The position numbers and the translations under genes are program-made. 48,374 nt of DNA, taken from Thraustochytrium aureum (Eukaryota). This document shows positions 10,466 through 20,433 of this stretch, piece by piece. The stretch spans positions 119,483-167,856 of the forward strand of contig BLSG01000449.1 of assembly GCA_012862495.1 (NCBI GenBank), in the 5' to 3' direction. The notes beneath the pieces were generated by a model that worked only from the letters and a program-made list of their open reading frames with translations, did no database searches and was not told the DNA's origin. The stretch's first letter is position 1. Every line of letters begins with the position of its first letter.

Positions 10466-12796
10466 ATGGAGAAGCCGTTCAAGAAGCAGGCGATTCGCAA
10501 GGCCGCCGCGGCCGCACAGCGGTCCGAGGTCAACCCGGAGACGGAAAACTATGTCGTGTCGCCAGAGGCGCAAAAGCCGCTGGCCGGGCTCAACATGGCC
10601 CGCGGCGGCCCAGAGACAGAAACCCCGAAAACCCTGCTCGGCGAAAGATATGCAGAATTCGTGGGCGAGACCCCGCTGGTCGAGCTGACGCACATGGTCT
10701 ATGACCGCAAGAACCCGCACGTGCGCGTGTTCGCCAAGTGCGAAATGTTCAACCCAGGCTTCTCCATCAAGGACCGCATCGTGCAAAATATTTTCAACAA
10801 GGCCGAGCGCGAGAAGCGCCTGCGGCCCGGCATGACCGTGGTGGCCGCCTCGAGCGGCAACACGGGGGCCTCCACCGCGATGATGTGCGCCATGCGCGGG
10901 TACAAGTGCATCATCACGACCAGCCCCAAGTGCAGCAAGGAGAAGATGGACGCCATCCGCGCGTACGGCGCGCAGCTCGTGGTCTCGCCGGACAGCGCCA
11001 AGGAGGGCGAGCCGGACCACTACATGGAGATCGCGCGCCTCAAGGCGCTCGAGGACCCGGAGCGCTACTTTGACGTCAACCAGTACGAGTCGCAGGACAA
11101 CCCCGAGGGCCACTTTCTCACGCTTGGCCCCGAGATTTGGGAGGCCACGAGCGGGTCCGTGACCCACTTTGTGGCAGCCGGGTCCACCGGCGGCACCATC
11201 TCGGGCACCGGTCGCTTCCTCAAGCAGCACAACCCGGGCGTCAGGGTTGTGCTGGCCGACCCCGTGGGCAGCATCTTCACAAACTACTTTCGCACGGGCC
11301 AGCTCGGCGAGGCCGGCAAGTTTCTCGTCGAGGGCGTCGGCAAGGGCAGCATCCCGGGCGCCATGGACTTTGGCCTCATCGACGAGGTCATCCCCGTCTC
11401 GGACCAGGAGGCCTTTGACATGTGCCATCGCATGGCGCGCTCCGAGGGCATCTGCGCCGGGGGGAGCTCGGGGCTCAACGTGCACGCCGCGCTCGAGCTC
11501 GCCTCGCGGCTCACCGAGCCCGCCATCGTGGTGACCGTGCTGCCCGACCTGGGCGTAAAGTACCTGTCCAAGATTTACTGCTCCGAGTGGCTCGCCGCGA
11601 ACGGGTTCGAGTGCCCCAGCGACGCGGATAACTTTGCGCGCCCGCGCAAGCCCAGCGAGGACTTGAAAGAGCCGTTCTCGGCGTCTTCGTCGGATTCTGC
11701 TTCTTCGTCCGGCTCGGAGGGCGCGAGTGCCATGGGCGACCTGCAGCCCGAGGCCGCCCTGTGCGGACGCCACAACAGCGACCCGCACCCGCGCATCGAG
11801 GCGTGCCTATACAGGGACCTGGTGGGCGACACGCCGCTCGTCGACCTTTCGCACCTCGTGGACAACCCGCGGTGCAACGTGCGAGTCTTTGCCAAGTGCG
11901 AGTTTTTCAACCCGGGCTTCTCCATCAAGGACCGCATCGTGCAAAACATCCTCGACAAGGGCGAGCGCGAGGGTCGCCTGCGGCCCGGCATGATCGTTGT
12001 GGCCGCCTCGAGCGGCAACACGGGGGCCTCCACCGCGATGATGTGCGCCATGCGCGGGTACAAGTGCATCATCACGACCAGCCCCAAGTGCAGCAAGGAG
12101 AAGATGGACGCCATCCGCGCGTACGGCGCGCAGCTCGTGGTCTCGCCGGACAGCGCCAAGGAGGGCGAGCCGGACCACTACATGGAGATCGCGCGCCTCC
12201 TCGCCCTCGAAGACCCAGAGCTCTATTTTGACATGGACCAGTACGAGTCGCAGGCCAACCCGGAGGGCCACTTCCTCACGCTCGGGCCGGAGATCTGGGA
12301 GCAGACAACTGGGACGGTGACCCACTTTGTAGCCGCTGGGTCCACTGGCGGCACCATCTCGGGCACCGGCCGCTTCCTCAAGGACCAAAACCCGGAGGTG
12401 CAAGTCGTGCTGGGAGACCCCGTGGGTAGCATCTTTGCAGAGTACTTTCGCTCCGGCACTCTCTCAAAGCCGCAGTCCTTCCTCGTCGAGGGCGTCGGCA
12501 AGGGCAGCATCCCGGGCGCCATGGACTTTGGCGTCATCGATGACGTTGTCGCAGTCACGGACCAAGAGGCGTTTGACACCTGCTTTCGCCTCTGTCGCGA
12601 CGAGGGCATCTGTGCGGGTGGTAGCGCTGGGCTCAACCTCTTTGCTTCGCTCAAGTTGGCGGCCTCGCTCGATGAGGATGGCACGATTGTCACCGTCTTC
12701 CCCGACCTCGGCGTCAAGTACCTCTCCAAGGTGTACAACAACGAGTGGCTCCAGGAGAACGGGCTCGAGTGCCCTCCAGAGCCCCACGTCGACTAA
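10466..12796 (+). CDS. Tandem two-domain PLP-dependent cysteine synthase / cystathionine beta-synthase family enzyme (fold type II)
   Basis: Both halves carry KCExFNPGFSIKDRI (PLP lysine), ASSGNTG, GSTGGTISGTG, VEGVGKG and PDLGVKYLSK. They are 386 aa apart and joined by a Ser-rich linker. Confidence 0.93.
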   Translation: MEKPFKKQAIRKAAAAAQRSEVNPETENYVVSPEAQKPLAGLNMARGGPETETPKTLLGERYAEFVGETPLVELTHMVYDRKNPHVRVFAKCEMFNPGFSIKDRIVQNIFNKAEREKRLRPGMTVVAASSGNTGASTAMMCAMRGYKCIITTSPKCSKEKMDAIRAYGAQLVVSPDSAKEGEPDHYMEIARLKALEDPERYFDVNQYESQDNPEGHFLTLGPEIWEATSGSVTHFVAAGSTGGTISGTGRFLKQHNPGVRVVLADPVGSIFTNYFRTGQLGEAGKFLVEGVGKGSIPGAMDFGLIDEVIPVSDQEAFDMCHRMARSEGICAGGSSGLNVHAALELASRLTEPAIVVTVLPDLGVKYLSKIYCSEWLAANGFECPSDADNFARPRKPSEDLKEPFSASSSDSASSSGSEGASAMGDLQPEAALCGRHNSDPHPRIEACLYRDLVGDTPLVDLSHLVDNPRCNVRVFAKCEFFNPGFSIKDRIVQNILDKGEREGRLRPGMIVVAASSGNTGASTAMMCAMRGYKCIITTSPKCSKEKMDAIRAYGAQLVVSPDSAKEGEPDHYMEIARLLALEDPELYFDMDQYESQANPEGHFLTLGPEIWEQTTGTVTHFVAAGSTGGTISGTGRFLKDQNPEVQVVLGDPVGSIFAEYFRSGTLSKPQSFLVEGVGKGSIPGAMDFGVIDDVVAVTDQEAFDTCFRLCRDEGICAGGSAGLNLFASLKLAASLDEDGTIVTVFPDLGVKYLSKVYNNEWLQENGLECPPEPHVD

Positions 12797-13104
12797 GTCG
12801 CCTCGCTCCAGCGATGGTGCACGACTGTTTTTACCCGTTGCATTGCCCCCCCCCCCGGCGCGTTTTGGGCTTTTCATGCTCAGAGTGTTGCGGGACGTGA
12901 GCCGTAGCCTGAATACCGCAGCGCTTTGCTGCCCTCGTTTTGCTCCGTTCCACTTTGCCGACCCTGTATCAAACTGAATGAAGCTGTTTTTTTGAAAGCC
13001 TGCGTCGCGAAGAGTATCTGCGCTACTCTACCGAATCCGCTGTTTATAAATGATCGCGGTGGAGTCCTCGCCGTCCAACCCATTCATCGAGCACGACAAG
13101 CGAG

Positions 13105-13643
13105 CTTGACAACGTCGAGCATTTGACCCAGCACGGCAAGCCTGCGTCGAGCTTTTGACCCTGCACGACAAGCCTGCGTCGAGCTTTTGACCCAGCGCGG
13201 CAAGACAACGTCGAGCTTTTGACCTCTAGAGCAAGCAAGCCTGCGTCGAGCTTTTGACCCTGCACGGCAAGCCTGCGTCGAGCATTCGACCCAGCACGGC
13301 AAGCCTGCGTCGAGCTTTTGACCCTGCACGACAAGCCTGCGTCGAGCTTTTGACCCAGCGCGGCAAGACAACGTCGAGCTTTTGACCTCTAGAGCAAGCA
13401 AGCCTGCGTCGAGCTTTTGACCCTGCACGACAAGCCTGCGTCGAGCTTTCGACCCTGCGCGGCAAGCCTGCGTCGAGCTTATGACCCAGCACGGCAAGAC
13501 AACGTCGAGCTTTTGACCTAGCAAGCAAGCCTGCGTCGAGCTTTTGACCCTGCACGGCAAGCCTGCGTCGAGCTTTCGACCCAGCGCGGCAAGCCTGCGT
13601 CGAGCTCGACCCTGCGCGGCAAGCCTGCGTCGAGCGCGACCCT
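13105..13643. repeat. Tandem array of about 17 x 32-bp units (CAAGCCTGCGTCGAGCTTTTGACCCTGCACGG) with a periodic variant unit
   Basis: Unit starts at 13137, 13169, 13201, 13236, 13268, 13300, 13332, 13364, 13399, 13431, 13463, 13495, 13526, 13558, 13590 and 13620, plus a partial unit before 13137. The variant CAAGACAACG...(TCTAG)AGCAAG unit is at 13201, 13364 and 13495. Confidence 0.95.
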
Positions 13644-14067
13644 CAGCACCTCAGCACAGCACCGTTGTTCGGTGGGTAGTAGCCCCAGCCGACAGCAAGG
13701 AATATCGTATGTGGGGAGAATTCGTGCAGGTGGGTGGGTGGGTGTGCTCCGAGTCGGGCGCAGTACGTGCTCGTTCGAGTGAGCGCGAGGGTGCCAAGCG
13801 GCTTTTGGAGAGCTGCCTGCCTCGCGCATTGCTGGCTTATTGCCCTGGTGCCTGCCTGCCTTGTTGCCTGCCCGCCCGCCCAGGTCGGCTCCGTGCTCGG
13901 GGAGGCCGGGAGTGTCCAGGCCCGGCTCGATCCCGCGCGCCAGGGGGTTGTAGTAGACTCCAGGCAAAGGAGTGCTGCGCTAGCGGCGCGCGGCGGGGCG
14001 AGCCGGGCGACGCCGCAGCTGGTTGACTGGCTGGCTGGCTGGCACGCCGGCGGGAGCGCGCAAGGTG

Positions 14068-15849
14068 ATGAAGTCGTTCCTGGGGCTGCGCACCAAGGGG
14101 TCGCGCAACAGCGGCAACAGATCGGGGAGCGTGGCCGGCGAGGTCCCGGAAGTGCTGCTCCTCAACGTGGGCGGGACGCCCTTCACAACCTCGAAAGCGA
14201 CCCTGCTCAAGGCCGAAGGGTCGCGATTCATCGACTGGTTTGCGGACGAGGACGAGGACGGCGAGCGCGACAGGCCGCCCAAGGACGGCGACGGCAGGTA
14301 CTTTATCGACCGCGATGGCGCCCAGTTCGCCCTGATCCTGAGCTTCCTGCGCGACGGGCACACTGAGATGCCGGCGCCAGGGTCGAGCGACTTCTCCGCC
14401 TTGCAACGCGAAGCAGAGTTTTACGGCATCCGGTCGCTGCTTGCCAAGCTGGACGAGATCGAGACCCTCAAGCGCGAAAAGGCGGCGAGCAGGAAATCGG
14501 GCTCGAGTCGCTCCTCCAGCAGCAGGAGGGACGAGAGCGACGCCGCCGCCCCGGAGGCAGCCGCGGCCATCCCGCCCCCTGCCAAGGACATGTCTGACCA
14601 GGAGCGCCGCGAGCGTGCCGAGCTGGAAAGCATCGCGGCCCTCCGGGCAGACCTTGACCGACGCGCCGCGCAGATCGAAGAGCGGCTGGCTCAGGGCAGC
14701 CGCGACGGCACGATCGACGAGCGGGGCATCGACTTGCTCACGCTAGAGCTGCGGCAGGTACAGCTGGAGAAGGACCGCGCCGAGATCCGCCACAAGGGCA
14801 AGGGGCGCGAGCTGCGGTACAACTTGCTGATCGTGGGAGTGACAGGGACGGGCAAGTCCTCGACGCTCAACACGCTGCTCGACTCGCAGGCCTGCCAGGT
14901 GAGCGGCGCGCAAGCGCAAGGCACCCGGGGCTGCGTGCTGCGCGACGCCACCCTCGACCCTGACCATTTCGTCTCGTACATCGACACCCAGGGGCTCGGC
15001 GCGGACACGAGCATCTCGGACACCGAGCTGCTCTCGCAAATCATGATCAGCACCGAGAGCATCCTCAAGATGGGGATCATCAACAACATTTTGATCTCCT
15101 TCGACGTGAACGCGCGCACGACGCCGGCGATGATGGCCAACCAGCTGACCCTGATGGAGCTGTTCAGCGAGCTGCGACGGTCCTGCTTTTTGGTCTTTAC
15201 CAAGTGGAACACCAACTCGGTGCAGGTCGAGTGGAACACGCCGCTGCGCGACTGGGTGCGCAAGTGGAAGCGCGCCAGCTCCGAGGACGAGATCACCGAG
15301 GACCCGCCCAGCTACGAGGTGATGTACAAGGCCTTCTGCCGCTACGTCATCGACGCGCTCGCCAACGAGATGGACGGCGGCGCCTTCTCCAAAATGGGCA
15401 CCTTTTTGGCGTTTTTCGAGGCTCGCGTGCTCTTTAGCTACAACTTGGACGCTATCCAGATCGAGGACCGCGCCTCGGGCGACCTCGAGCCGTACCTCAC
15501 GCGGCTCTACGCGCACTACCGCAACAAGGCGCTCGACACCCTCGACAAGGGCTCGACCAAGATCGTCACCGAGGACCTGGGCTTCCTCAAGGAGGACGAG
15601 GCCACCATGCGCACTGTGGCCGCGCAGCTCATTCGCAACCGGGACGAGAAGATTTACCAGCTCGAGCAGGTTGGCCGCGAGACGCGCAAGCGCAAGGCGA
15701 TGAAGAAGATCTTCAACAACATGGCCAGTGAGCACTCGAGCAGGATCAAGCACCACGACTACCGCACCGAGTCTGGGTACACCATCAAGATCGCCAACCT
15801 CGCTGGCTTTGTGCGCACGGTTGCCGCGGCAGGCTGCGTCGTCATGTGA
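14068..15849 (+). CDS. KCTD-type BTB/POZ domain + coiled coil + AIG1/GIMAP-like P-loop GTPase with C-terminal CAAX box
   Basis: BTB (T1-type): LLNVGGTPFTTSKATL...RYFIDRDG..F..ILSFLRDG...REAEFYGI. GTPase motifs: G1 GVTGTGKSST, G2 T in GTRGC, G3 DTQG, G4 TKWN. The protein ends CVVM*. Confidence 0.88.
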   Translation: MKSFLGLRTKGSRNSGNRSGSVAGEVPEVLLLNVGGTPFTTSKATLLKAEGSRFIDWFADEDEDGERDRPPKDGDGRYFIDRDGAQFALILSFLRDGHTEMPAPGSSDFSALQREAEFYGIRSLLAKLDEIETLKREKAASRKSGSSRSSSSRRDESDAAAPEAAAAIPPPAKDMSDQERRERAELESIAALRADLDRRAAQIEERLAQGSRDGTIDERGIDLLTLELRQVQLEKDRAEIRHKGKGRELRYNLLIVGVTGTGKSSTLNTLLDSQACQVSGAQAQGTRGCVLRDATLDPDHFVSYIDTQGLGADTSISDTELLSQIMISTESILKMGIINNILISFDVNARTTPAMMANQLTLMELFSELRRSCFLVFTKWNTNSVQVEWNTPLRDWVRKWKRASSEDEITEDPPSYEVMYKAFCRYVIDALANEMDGGAFSKMGTFLAFFEARVLFSYNLDAIQIEDRASGDLEPYLTRLYAHYRNKALDTLDKGSTKIVTEDLGFLKEDEATMRTVAAQLIRNRDEKIYQLEQVGRETRKRKAMKKIFNNMASEHSSRIKHHDYRTESGYTIKIANLAGFVRTVAAAGCVVM

Positions 15850-16138
15850 GCTGTAGGGCTCGCGCTCAACCAAAGCGACCGAGCAAGGAAATCGCACATT
15901 GAAAAAAAAAAAGAGAAAAAAAAGAGAAAAACACTTGCAGGCAACCTGGCAGAGCCAGAGCCTTCGCGCCCCTGCTGGTCCTGCTGGCCCGTTGCCAACG
16001 GCAGCTGATAAGCGCATGAACCCGACAAGGCCATCGGCCCAGCAAGTCGTGCACCTCCCCCCTCCTCGGCACCGCCTCGCCCAGCTCCAAGCCGCGCGCA
16101 CGTGCCGCGAGCCAAGAAACACGCGAGTGGGGGGCGGC

Positions 16139-17444
16139 TTAGAGCAGCGGGCAGAGCGATTGCAAAATCTCTGCGAAAGACGAAGCCTCCCCGCCAGACG
16201 CAGCTGCCGGCGGCTCTGGAAGCGCGCCTATTGTGCGCAGAACGAAAGCTCGCGCCTGCTCGGTTGCGGCGCCAGGCATCGCTCGGGCAGTTTCCTTGGC
16301 CACTTTGGCAACAAGCCCTTCCGGGTCGCGCTTGAGGAAAGCTGTCGTGGCGGCCGCGCCGCGCAAAACGCCGTTCAGCATCGCAGCGTGCTGCGGCTCG
16401 TTCGCGTCGAGGTCGAAAAAGGCGCGGACGCGCTCAGACACAGCCGGCGAAAAAAGGTCTGCGAGCCGTTCCATGTACTCTGCGGCGTGGTCCGCGTCGA
16501 GGATCGGGTTCACTGTCTGGTCGATCGCCGTGAAGCATGGCCCGCCCTGGGCTTCCGTGTTGACCAAGATATTGCCCTTGTTGCCCTCGTCAGAGCGCCA
16601 AATCGAGGGGATGCGGTCAGGGTTGTTGATCACGGCGTCGAGAACCAGCATCGCGCCAACCGCCTCAAACGAGCAAGTGCTGGCCGCGAATGCACCGAGA
16701 TCGAGCGCGCCGCTCTCGAGGTCGCGGCCGCGGGCAAACTCCAGGAGCATTGCGCCCGCGCCCTTGAAACGCGAGCCGTGGATCTCGTCGCACGTCCCCT
16801 TGACGGAGACCTTTGCGTTGCGGAGCTTGCCCACCAAGACCTCGAGTTCGTCCGCCTCGAGACCGCGCATTTTCGGGCACGAGACGCCGGCGGCCGCGAA
16901 CAGCTCGCGGGCGAACACGTCGTTTTCGCAGCCTTGGCTGCGCTGCTTGAGAACGATAAAGCCCTCGCCCGCCAGCTTGACCAGGAAGCACCCGGTCGAC
17001 CCGAGTCCGCCTTGCGCGTGGTGCACGCCCTCTACCTCGACCGAATCCCAGTCGCGCCCGGCGTCGATGCTCGCGGCGGTGGCCGTGGCGAGGTCGAGCA
17101 CGAAAAGCTCTTCGGGGACCTGCCTGGGCGGCTCCCGCGCCGCTATGCGCGCCTCGACCATGGCCTTGACGCGCGCGCCGTTAATCTTCCACATGAAGTG
17201 GNNNNNNNNNNNNNNNNNNNNNNNNNNNNNNNNNNNNNNNNNNNNNNNNNNNNNNNNNNNNNNNNNNNNNNNNNNNNNNNNNNNNNNNNNNNNNNNNNNN
17301 NNNNNNNNNNNNNNNNNNNNNNNNNNNNNNNNNNNNNNNNNNNNNNNNNNNNNNNNNNNNNNNNNNNNNNNNNNNNNNNNNNNNNNNNNNNNNNNNNNNN
17401 NNNNNNNNNNTAGCTTGGCCGAGTTGCTCGTCGCTCGGCTCCAT
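16139..17444 (-). CDS. Actin-fragmin kinase (AFK)-like atypical protein kinase; 5' part interrupted by an N gap
   Basis: Gly loop GGLGSTGCFLV..IVLK, hinge MLLEFARG, and DAVINNPDRIPSIW..EGNKGNILV...AIDQ match the AFK catalytic motifs. The possible start MEPSDEQLGQA at 17444 lies beyond the gap and is tentative. Confidence 0.78.
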
Positions 17445-18147
17445 CTCGCAGCTGCAGCGCGCCGGCGCGCTAGACGCTGACCTGCGCACCGAGTATATAT
17501 CTCTGCCTGAACCTCTGCGGGCCCGAGCAGCTCTCGTTACGGCTAGGTTTGCCTGGCAAGCTCGATAGACCGGGATGTCGATTGATGCCTGGAAGACACC
17601 CGAGCAATAAAAGTGCTCTTGCCATCCAGCGATCATCGAGCTGCTCGCCGTACACCGTGGTGTGCACAGGCGCTCTCAGTCCCGCCGGCGCTGGTGTCCA
17701 CCTGGACAGGACACGACTTTCCAAGGAGGATGAAAGGGGAGTCCCCTACTTCCCTTCCTCCTCTACACCCCTCCACGTGCACACCCCAGCACAACGCATG
17801 CGCCGCTCGCTTCTCCTCCACATCCACGTTGATCATGCTGGCTCTGGCCGAGGGAGGAGGCTCCAGGCAAGTGTGGCGCGAGCGCCGTGGCTGCGTCGCA
17901 TTTTCTGCCCTATAGAGCGCAGTTGCGAGGTGTAGCCCCGATTGCCCGGCCAGACGGCCCTTGAAGCGCTCCCCGTGGCCCACATCATCGAGTACTCTTC
18001 CAGCTTGCGCTGAGGCATCCATGGTTTGACATCAGCACGGCATCCAGCAGACACCCTTCCGCAGCGAGCAACCGGATCGCCGCGAGCGAGCGCGCGCGGA
18101 GCAGGGACGAGGACCCGAGGGACAGGACAGGACAGGCGGCCGGCAAA

Positions 18148-19311
18148 ATGAGTGGCAAGATGTACAAGTGGGGCGAGACCACGTGGTTCAACACGTGGAG
18201 CAAGCGGCTGGACGACTTGAACGGCAAGGGCAACCCTGTGCTCGCTGAGATTATGTTCGACATCAAGACGGTGCGCAAGATCTCGATCGCCGAAAACATG
18301 TTCACCGCGAACGTGATCATCAGCGTGCGCGTGCCCGTCGAGTCGCTGTACGGCAAGAGACTCAGCGACCGCAAACCCTCGCCAGGCGAGCCGCACTATG
18401 TCATCGCGCCGGACAACGAGATGTGTGCTGAATGGAGCCCCTGGATTGAGGTCAGCGGCAAGCTCTCGAACAAGTGGCACTGGTCGCGCTTGGTGGAGGA
18501 CAATACGAAAATCCTGTACTCGACCGAGCTGGAAGGCGACTTCCCGATGAACGGCGGCGGCAGGGGCTACCTTTACCCGTTCGACTTCCACGAGCTCCAG
18601 TTCCAAGTGACGAGCAACTGGGATGCCACCAAGCTGGTTTTCGTTCCCTGGGACGCAGAGTGGCGCCGCGACGCGGCTTTGGCGGCCCTGGAGAAATCTG
18701 CCACGTACTGCGTGAGGGAGACCTCGCGGGTGCGCGACCAAGACATGGACAACAGCTTGGGTGGGCTCTGGACGTTCACGAGAACGCCACGGACAGTCTT
18801 TCGCCAATCGACAGGGCTCAACAGGAAGCACACCTACACCGAGTGCAGCGGCTCCATCCTCGTCAAGCGCAAATGGATAACCTTTGCCATGTTTGAGCTG
18901 CTTCGGCCGCTGTTTCTGGCAGCCCTTGCTCCGATCGCCGAGACCTTCTTCGACACCCCCTCAACAAGGCTGACCTTCAACGTGTCCATCCTGATTGCCA
19001 TGTCGGTGGCGTTCATGCGAAGCGCAGAGACGCAGCGAGTTACTGTGGCGGATTTCTACCGAATTGGGGCGTTCTTCTTCGCGGGTTGCATTCTTCTTGT
19101 CGCAATCGCGCCGGCCGTGAACGACTGGTCGTTTCAGAATGTGACGTGGCTGTCGTACTTGACTTTTGCTGGGCTGCACGTGGCTTTGCTGCTTTTCGTC
19201 CTGGTTTCGCGCGTCAAATACTGGGATCTCCTGAAGAAACACAGGCCGACCACGCCCTTGCCCGCTTCCACTTCCGTTCAAGTCTACGTCGAGGACGAGG
19301 ACGACAAGTGA
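18148..19311 (+). CDS. Cys-less pentameric ligand-gated ion channel (Pro-loop receptor)-like subunit
   Basis: Beta-rich ectodomain with WSPWI and the YPFD Pro-loop but no flanking disulfide. It is followed by pre-M1 LVKR, M2-like RLTFNVSILIAMSVAF, M3-like TVADFY..GAFFF and a final hydrophobic helix. Confidence 0.75.
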   Translation: MSGKMYKWGETTWFNTWSKRLDDLNGKGNPVLAEIMFDIKTVRKISIAENMFTANVIISVRVPVESLYGKRLSDRKPSPGEPHYVIAPDNEMCAEWSPWIEVSGKLSNKWHWSRLVEDNTKILYSTELEGDFPMNGGGRGYLYPFDFHELQFQVTSNWDATKLVFVPWDAEWRRDAALAALEKSATYCVRETSRVRDQDMDNSLGGLWTFTRTPRTVFRQSTGLNRKHTYTECSGSILVKRKWITFAMFELLRPLFLAALAPIAETFFDTPSTRLTFNVSILIAMSVAFMRSAETQRVTVADFYRIGAFFFAGCILLVAIAPAVNDWSFQNVTWLSYLTFAGLHVALLLFVLVSRVKYWDLLKKHRPTTPLPASTSVQVYVEDEDDK

Positions 19312-20433
19312 CACTTTGCTCAAATGCCAAAAAAAGAAGAAGGAAAAANNNNNNNNNNNNNNNNNNNNNNNNNNNNNNNNNNNNNNNNNNNNNNNNNNNN
19401 NNNNNNNNNNNNNNNNNNNNNNNNNNNNNNNNNNNNNNNNNNNNNNNNNNNNNNNNNNNNNNNNNNNNNNNNNNNNNNNNNNNNNNNNNNNNNNNNNNNN
19501 NNNNNNNNNNNNNNNNNNNNNNNNNNNNNNNNNNNNNNNNNNNNNNNNNNNNNNNNNNNNNNNNNNNNNNNNNNNNNNNNNNNNNNNNNNNNNNNNNNNN
19601 NNNNNNNNNNNNNNNNNNNNNNNNNNNNNNNNNNNNNNNNNNNNNNNNNNNNNNNNNNNNNNNNNNNNNNNNNNNNNNNNNNNNNNNNNNNNNNNNNNNN
19701 NNNNNNNNNNNNNNNNNNNNNNNNNNNNNNNNNNNNNNNNNNNNNNNNNNNNNNNNNNNNNNNNNNNNNNNNNNNNNNNNNNNNNNNNNNNNNNNNNNNN
19801 NNNNNNNNNNNNNNNNNNNNNNNNNNNNNNNNNNNNNNNNNNNNNNNNNNNNNNNNNNNNNNNNNNNNNNNNNNNNNNNNNNNNNNNNNNNNNNNNNNNN
19901 NNNNNNNNNNNNNNNNNNNNNNNNNNNNNNNNNNNNNNNNNNNNNNNNNNNNNNNNNNNNNNNNNNNNNNNNNNNNNNNNNNNNNNNNNNNNNNNNNNNN
20001 NNNNNNNNNNNNNNNNNNNNNNNNNNNNNNNNNNNNNNNNNNNNNNNNNNNNNNNNNNNNNNNNNNNNNNNNNNNNNNNNNNNNNNNNNNNNNNNNNNNN
20101 NNNNNNNNNNNNNNNNNNNNNNNNNNNNNNNNNNNNNNNNNNNNNNNNNNNNNNNNNNNNNNCAACCAGATGCGCGGCGTGGCGCACCGGCTGAATGAGC
20201 GCTTTTGAAGCCGGCGGGCAACAAAGGGCCTCGTGCCCCGTGTAAAGGCAACAGGCTGCTCTTTCAGGGCGAGCGGTCAGGGGCGGGCTGTGGGGTTTTA
20301 AAAAAAAATTCGGAACGAGAGCGTGCGCGGGAGGGCCGCCGCCCGCAGCGAGGCTCGTACGAACAAATGCATGTGTGTGTGAATAACAGAAGGAGAAAAG
20401 CAAGATTTCAAATGCTAAGCGCGGCCCAGGTCG

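Noticed and set aside
10022..11788. Long antisense ORFs (also 14743-16122, 33772-35667, 15899-17413)
   Set aside because: Shadow ORFs caused by GC-rich codon bias of real genes on the opposite strand.
13044..13560. Repetitive ORFs (CRAGSKARRRL...) across the array
   Set aside because: The 32-bp period cycles through frames, so the peptides are by-products of the DNA repeat.
13105..13643. CRISPR array
   Set aside because: Units are contiguous near-identical repeats with no unique spacers, there are no cas genes, and the context is eukaryotic.
19349..20162. ORFs running through N gaps
   Set aside because: Artefacts of untranslatable Ns; gap contents are unknown.
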